32,000 nt of DNA, from assembly GCF_000091665.1 (NCBI RefSeq), contig NC_000909.1, positions 730,712 through 762,711 of the forward strand, given 5' to 3'. A model generated the notes under the pieces. It was not told the DNA's origin, did no database searches, and saw nothing but the letters and a program-made list of their open reading frames with translations. Position numbers and translations under genes: made by a program. Positions 29,107 to 32,000 of the stretch are shown here, piece by piece. The number at the start of each line of letters is the position of its first letter. Position 1 is the stretch's first letter. This DNA comes from Methanocaldococcus jannaschii DSM 2661 (GTDB lineage Archaea > AGJL01 > Methanococci > Methanococcales > Methanocaldococcaceae).

Positions 29107-30240
29107 TTATTCTTTGGACTTTATTACAATAACTATATCTTTAGGGTCTATTTGTATTATGTCAGGAATTTTATCATCAGGAATTGAGATAATTAAGAAA
29201 TAATTAACATTTTCATCGAATATTTGAGTATCATCTTCAATTTCATTTAATTTTTTTCCATATTCTCCAAACATCTTTTTTATTTTATCGTAATCGAGTC
29301 TGTCTATGACTGTTGCATGTAATATGCCTGGAAGGTTATTTAATGAGTAAGATATACTTGAAGAGGAAGATGAGGAGTAAGATTCTCCAAGCTCATTTAT
29401 ATTACTTGATGTTGATTTACTTTCACTGTAACTTATAGAGGATAAAATTACATAGGATGAATCTATGATACCATATGTTATGAACGAACCGTCTTTACTG
29501 TATATTGAAATTATATCTCCTTTATGTGGTAACTTACCACACTGTTTTGCAGATATTTCAATTGCTACTTTATTTAATTGTGATACTGGAGTTATTTTTA
29601 GAGATTTGAGTTCGGATAATGTCCAGAATTTTTTATATTTAAGAATTTCATCTCTTGTCATAAACATGGATTTTCCATTAATTTCTACATAATAATATTT
29701 ATCTCCTGAGGCTAAAACATAATCAATCTGCTTTTCTATGATGCTCCTAATGTCTTTTTCTATATCAACAGACTTTAATAGATTTTCAATCTCTTCAGTA
29801 GATTGTGCCAAGCTTATTTTATGCACTAATTCCTGAGCAGATAAACTTAGAGAATAATATTCCCCATACATACTTTTTATTTGGTTAATAGCCTCAATTT
29901 TATAATTTTTAAAGCTAATGTACTTTTTAGCTTCTTCCAACACTTCGTTAATTTCTTCAATATTATTCGCCATTTGGATTTTGTTTATATATATTAGTTT
30001 TTGTGGGTCGTTAGGGTATTTGGCAAACATCTGATTTATTGATTCAATAGCTGCTTTTTTCTGGTTTTCAAGCGTTATTTTTTCTTGAAACTGTAGGTTA
30101 CTGATTTCATTATATGCGATAAATGCTAATAACCCAACAATTACAACAACCAGTATTATCAATATAAATTTTAATGAACCAGATTTCACCGTTCTTCTAC
30201 TTTTCTCTTTTAATGCTTTAATTTTTGAAGTATCTACCAT
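29107..30240 (-). CDS. Single-pass membrane protein with coiled-coil ectodomain and poly-Ser linker
   Basis: A basic N-terminus, then the TM helix LKFILIILVVVIVGLLAFIAY, a long helical region, and a Ser-rich tract (SESKSTSS...SYSSSSSSSISYS). SD GGTGAT is 3 nt before the ATG. No family recognised with confidence. Confidence 0.6.
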   Translation of the reverse strand: MVDTSKIKALKEKSRRTVKSGSLKFILIILVVVIVGLLAFIAYNEISNLQFQEKITLENQKKAAIESINQMFAKYPNDPQKLIYINKIQMANNIEEINEVLEEAKKYISFKNYKIEAINQIKSMYGEYYSLSLSAQELVHKISLAQSTEEIENLLKSVDIEKDIRSIIEKQIDYVLASGDKYYYVEINGKSMFMTRDEILKYKKFWTLSELKSLKITPVSQLNKVAIEISAKQCGKLPHKGDIISIYSKDGSFITYGIIDSSYVILSSISYSESKSTSSNINELGESYSSSSSSSISYSLNNLPGILHATVIDRLDYDKIKKMFGEYGKKLNEIEDDTQIFDENVNYFLIISIPDDKIPDIIQIDPKDIVIVIKSKE

Positions 30241-30294
30241 ACAATCACCCTAACTTTAATATTACAAAATTATATGGTTTGTTATCATGGCCTA

Positions 30295-30687
30295 TTATGG
30301 ATTTACGGTTATATTATATTCACTTTGGTTTATTTTTGTGACATTATAAATATAGCTTACAATAAAATTCTTTATTTCTGGAGTAATATATGATTTAGGT
30401 GAGATATAAATGTATATATTTTTCTTATTCCCTGACCATGAAATTCCCCCATAGATTAAAGTGACATTTGGGTTAATTCCATTATATCCTGAATTTGCCA
30501 ATATTACAGCAGTTTTTGCTGCATTTTCAACATCACTTATAACCTTATCATCCTTTGTGAAATTCTGTGATAGAAAATGGCTTATTGTTATAATAGATGC
30601 CAACAATATAGCAAGGAATAAAAATGAGAATTCAAGAGATACCTGGGCTTTTTTTGATTTTATTATTTTATTTTCCATGGTATTCAC
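30295..30687 (-). CDS. Pilin-like protein with class III signal peptide, DUF361/QxSxEF type
   Basis: ...KIIKSKKA|QVSLEFSFLFLAILLASIITI has the same signature as 27080-27508. An alternative start is ATG 30678 (MENKII...). Confidence 0.8.
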   Translation of the reverse strand: MNTMENKIIKSKKAQVSLEFSFLFLAILLASIITISHFLSQNFTKDDKVISDVENAAKTAVILANSGYNGINPNVTLIYGGISWSGNKKNIYIYISPKSYITPEIKNFIVSYIYNVTKINQSEYNITVNP

Positions 30688-30690
30688 ACT

Positions 30691-31710
30691 TTAGATTATT
30701 GCTAACTTCATCAACATTAAAACTATAACATAACCAATGACAACAAACGGAACAAATGGGTAGGTTTTTATAACATTTAGTTTGTCAGGGATTTTTCCCT
30801 CCATATAGAGTTTTTTTATTTTTCGAATGTCTTCATTGGATAACCCTTCTCCATCGGTTAATATTATTTCCTTTTCATTTTCTTTGATTTCATGTTCTAA
30901 TAGAAATTTTATTCTTTTCATTATATTTAAGTTTTTTACCTCAACACCATCTTTGTCTATTATTATAACATCCCTCAAAATATCTCCTTCTTTTAATTCT
31001 TCAATATGTTTTTTGTCAGAAGTTTCTACACCCGTGAGTGCATAAATAACGATAGATATTAGTATTATTTCACAAAGGTATATTATGGATGTTAATAGCA
31101 CATTATATTTAATAAAATAAGTTGTATCAATAATATATAAGAATAACAAATAAGCAGGGAATAAATATCCTAATTTTTTCGTATATTCTTTGTATTTTGG
31201 AACTTTTCTTGAGACAAAGATAGATAGGACAATATAAGCCCATATAATTATTGAAGCGTATGGAATTTCGTAGATATTTATAAAATAATATAATATACCA
31301 AGCATCATAGTTAAATAACAAGCTGAAGGAATAATATCTTTCCAATATCTCATTAAAATTTTATACATCGGAAAAACTGCGGCGATAAACATACTAATTG
31401 CTATTAAGTAGAGAATATATTTTGGAATATAAAATACAAACGAGTTTGGATACGCAAAAATTGGAGCTAAAGCGGTGAATAGCTTAACATCTCCTCCTCC
31501 CATTCCAATACTTAATATTAAACATAATATTAGAGTAGAGAAAAACGCAATAATAGCATTAAATCCAAAATAGTAATAACCAACAACTAAGTTTATTATA
31601 ATCATGGCAATTGTGTATTTATGAGGAATAATTCTTTCTTTAATATCAGTTATTGCTGCTAAAAGGAGTAAAATAAAGTTAATAATATAAACTACATTTA
31701 GCAAATCCAC
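30691..31710 (-). CDS. eppA: Archaeal type IV prepilin peptidase, EppA-like (aspartic protease, polytopic membrane protein)
   Basis: The two catalytic Asp contexts are AAITDIKERIIP and GMGGGDVKLF (GxGDxK). There are many TM helices and a ~85-aa soluble insert before the last TM. The GTG start lies behind AGGTGA. The gene is adjacent to QxSxEF substrates. Confidence 0.8.
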   Translation of the reverse strand: MDLLNVVYIINFILLLLAAITDIKERIIPHKYTIAMIIINLVVGYYYFGFNAIIAFFSTLILCLILSIGMGGGDVKLFTALAPIFAYPNSFVFYIPKYILYLIAISMFIAAVFPMYKILMRYWKDIIPSACYLTMMLGILYYFINIYEIPYASIIIWAYIVLSIFVSRKVPKYKEYTKKLGYLFPAYLLFLYIIDTTYFIKYNVLLTSIIYLCEIILISIVIYALTGVETSDKKHIEELKEGDILRDVIIIDKDGVEVKNLNIMKRIKFLLEHEIKENEKEIILTDGEGLSNEDIRKIKKLYMEGKIPDKLNVIKTYPFVPFVVIGYVIVLMLMKLAII

Positions 31711-31714
31711 AATT

Positions 31715-32000
31715 TCACCTATTTGGATATTTGGCTTTAACCCTATCTTTTATTTTTAACATCAACTCATGGTTATCTAAGAGCTTTAAAGCCTCATCTA
31801 TATCTTTATCTTTGGTTAAATTTAAAATTTCTCTTAAGATTTCAGTGGCAACATCTTCCCTATGAACCCAAAAACACTTCATACAACTCCAAATCTTTGT
31901 TCCATCTTTTTTTTCAACATACTCTCCTAATTCTTCATCTTCACATGGATAGAAAGGGCAGTAACACCATAAGCAAACCTGTCCATCAAAGTGGCATGGG
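31715..32000 (-). CDS. Cysteine-rich small-domain protein, partial (5' end outside window)
   Basis: The minus strand gives an open frame from the window edge: PCHFDGQVCLWCYCPFYPCEDEELGEY...WSCMKCFWVH...KAKYPNR*. The stop TGA (31715-31717) lies inside the eppA SD. It is absent from the ORF track because no start codon is in the window. Confidence 0.6.
   Translation of the reverse strand, partial: PCHFDGQVCLWCYCPFYPCEDEELGEYVEKKDGTKIWSCMKCFWVHREDVATEILREILNLTKDKDIDEALKLLDNHELMLKIKDRVKAKYPNR

Noticed and set aside
29330-29400. GAAGAGGAAGATGAGGAG-type purine-rich repeat that might be a DNA-level tandem repeat
   Set aside because: It is simply the antisense of the poly-Ser codons of the 377-aa protein. 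It is not an independent repeat element.
29465-31345. ORFs 29465-29692 (+), 30461-30694 (+), 30827-31045 (+) and 31127-31345 (-)
   Set aside because: They are antisense or out-of-frame shadows within the pilin-operon genes.

Overview
This is a 32-kb, very AT-rich archaeal chromosomal window, densely coding and mostly housekeeping. Several features point to a hyperthermophilic Methanocaldococcus: GGTGAT-type Shine-Dalgarno sequences, K/E/I-rich proteins, an acidic 558-aa S-layer protein, an MfnD-like ATP-grasp ligase, CbiH, aRF1, and a 1750-aa class III ribonucleotide reductase with two LAGLIDADG inteins. From memory it resembles the M. jannaschii region around MJ0808-MJ0836, but I cannot verify that here.
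Layout:
(i) 94-3546, + strand: a radical-SAM enzyme and AMMECR1, two parts of the AmmeMemoRadiSam trio. They are separated by a compositionally odd two-ORF island on the opposite strand, an acylphosphatase-like gene, and a textbook C/D-box sRNA (2836-2897). The ORF track mis-reads that sRNA as the 5' end of the AMMECR1 ORF.
(ii) 3644-11021, - strand: eight tightly packed co-directional genes. In transcription order they are an OB/Ada-Zn membrane protein, Psd, a KH-like protein, the MfnD-like ATP-grasp ligase, deoxyhypusine synthase, CbiH, a RavA-like MoxR AAA+ ATPase and a ViaA-like VWA protein.
(iii) 11.0-12.1 kb: a gene graveyard. An archaeal P-loop ATPase paralogue is broken into three pieces, a BioB-like radical-SAM fragment lies on the other strand, and there is an extra copy of the ATPase 3' end.
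(iv) 12.1-21.5 kb: S-layer gene, CooC, MoaA, long FKBP, NfeD plus a frameshifted stomatin, aRF1, a PP-loop ATPase and a RecJ-like DHH protein.
(v) 21796-27048: nrdD with two inteins.
(vi) 27080-31710, - strand: a six-gene operon with an EppA-like prepilin peptidase, two QxSxEF class-III-signal pilin-like proteins and three secreted or membrane proteins, one a transglutaminase-like putative lipoprotein.
The best candidates for poorly described biology are the surface-structure operon (vi), the orphan island at 1.1-2.3 kb, and the archaeal RavA/ViaA pair next to cbiH. I saw no rRNA, tRNA, CRISPR array or transposase.
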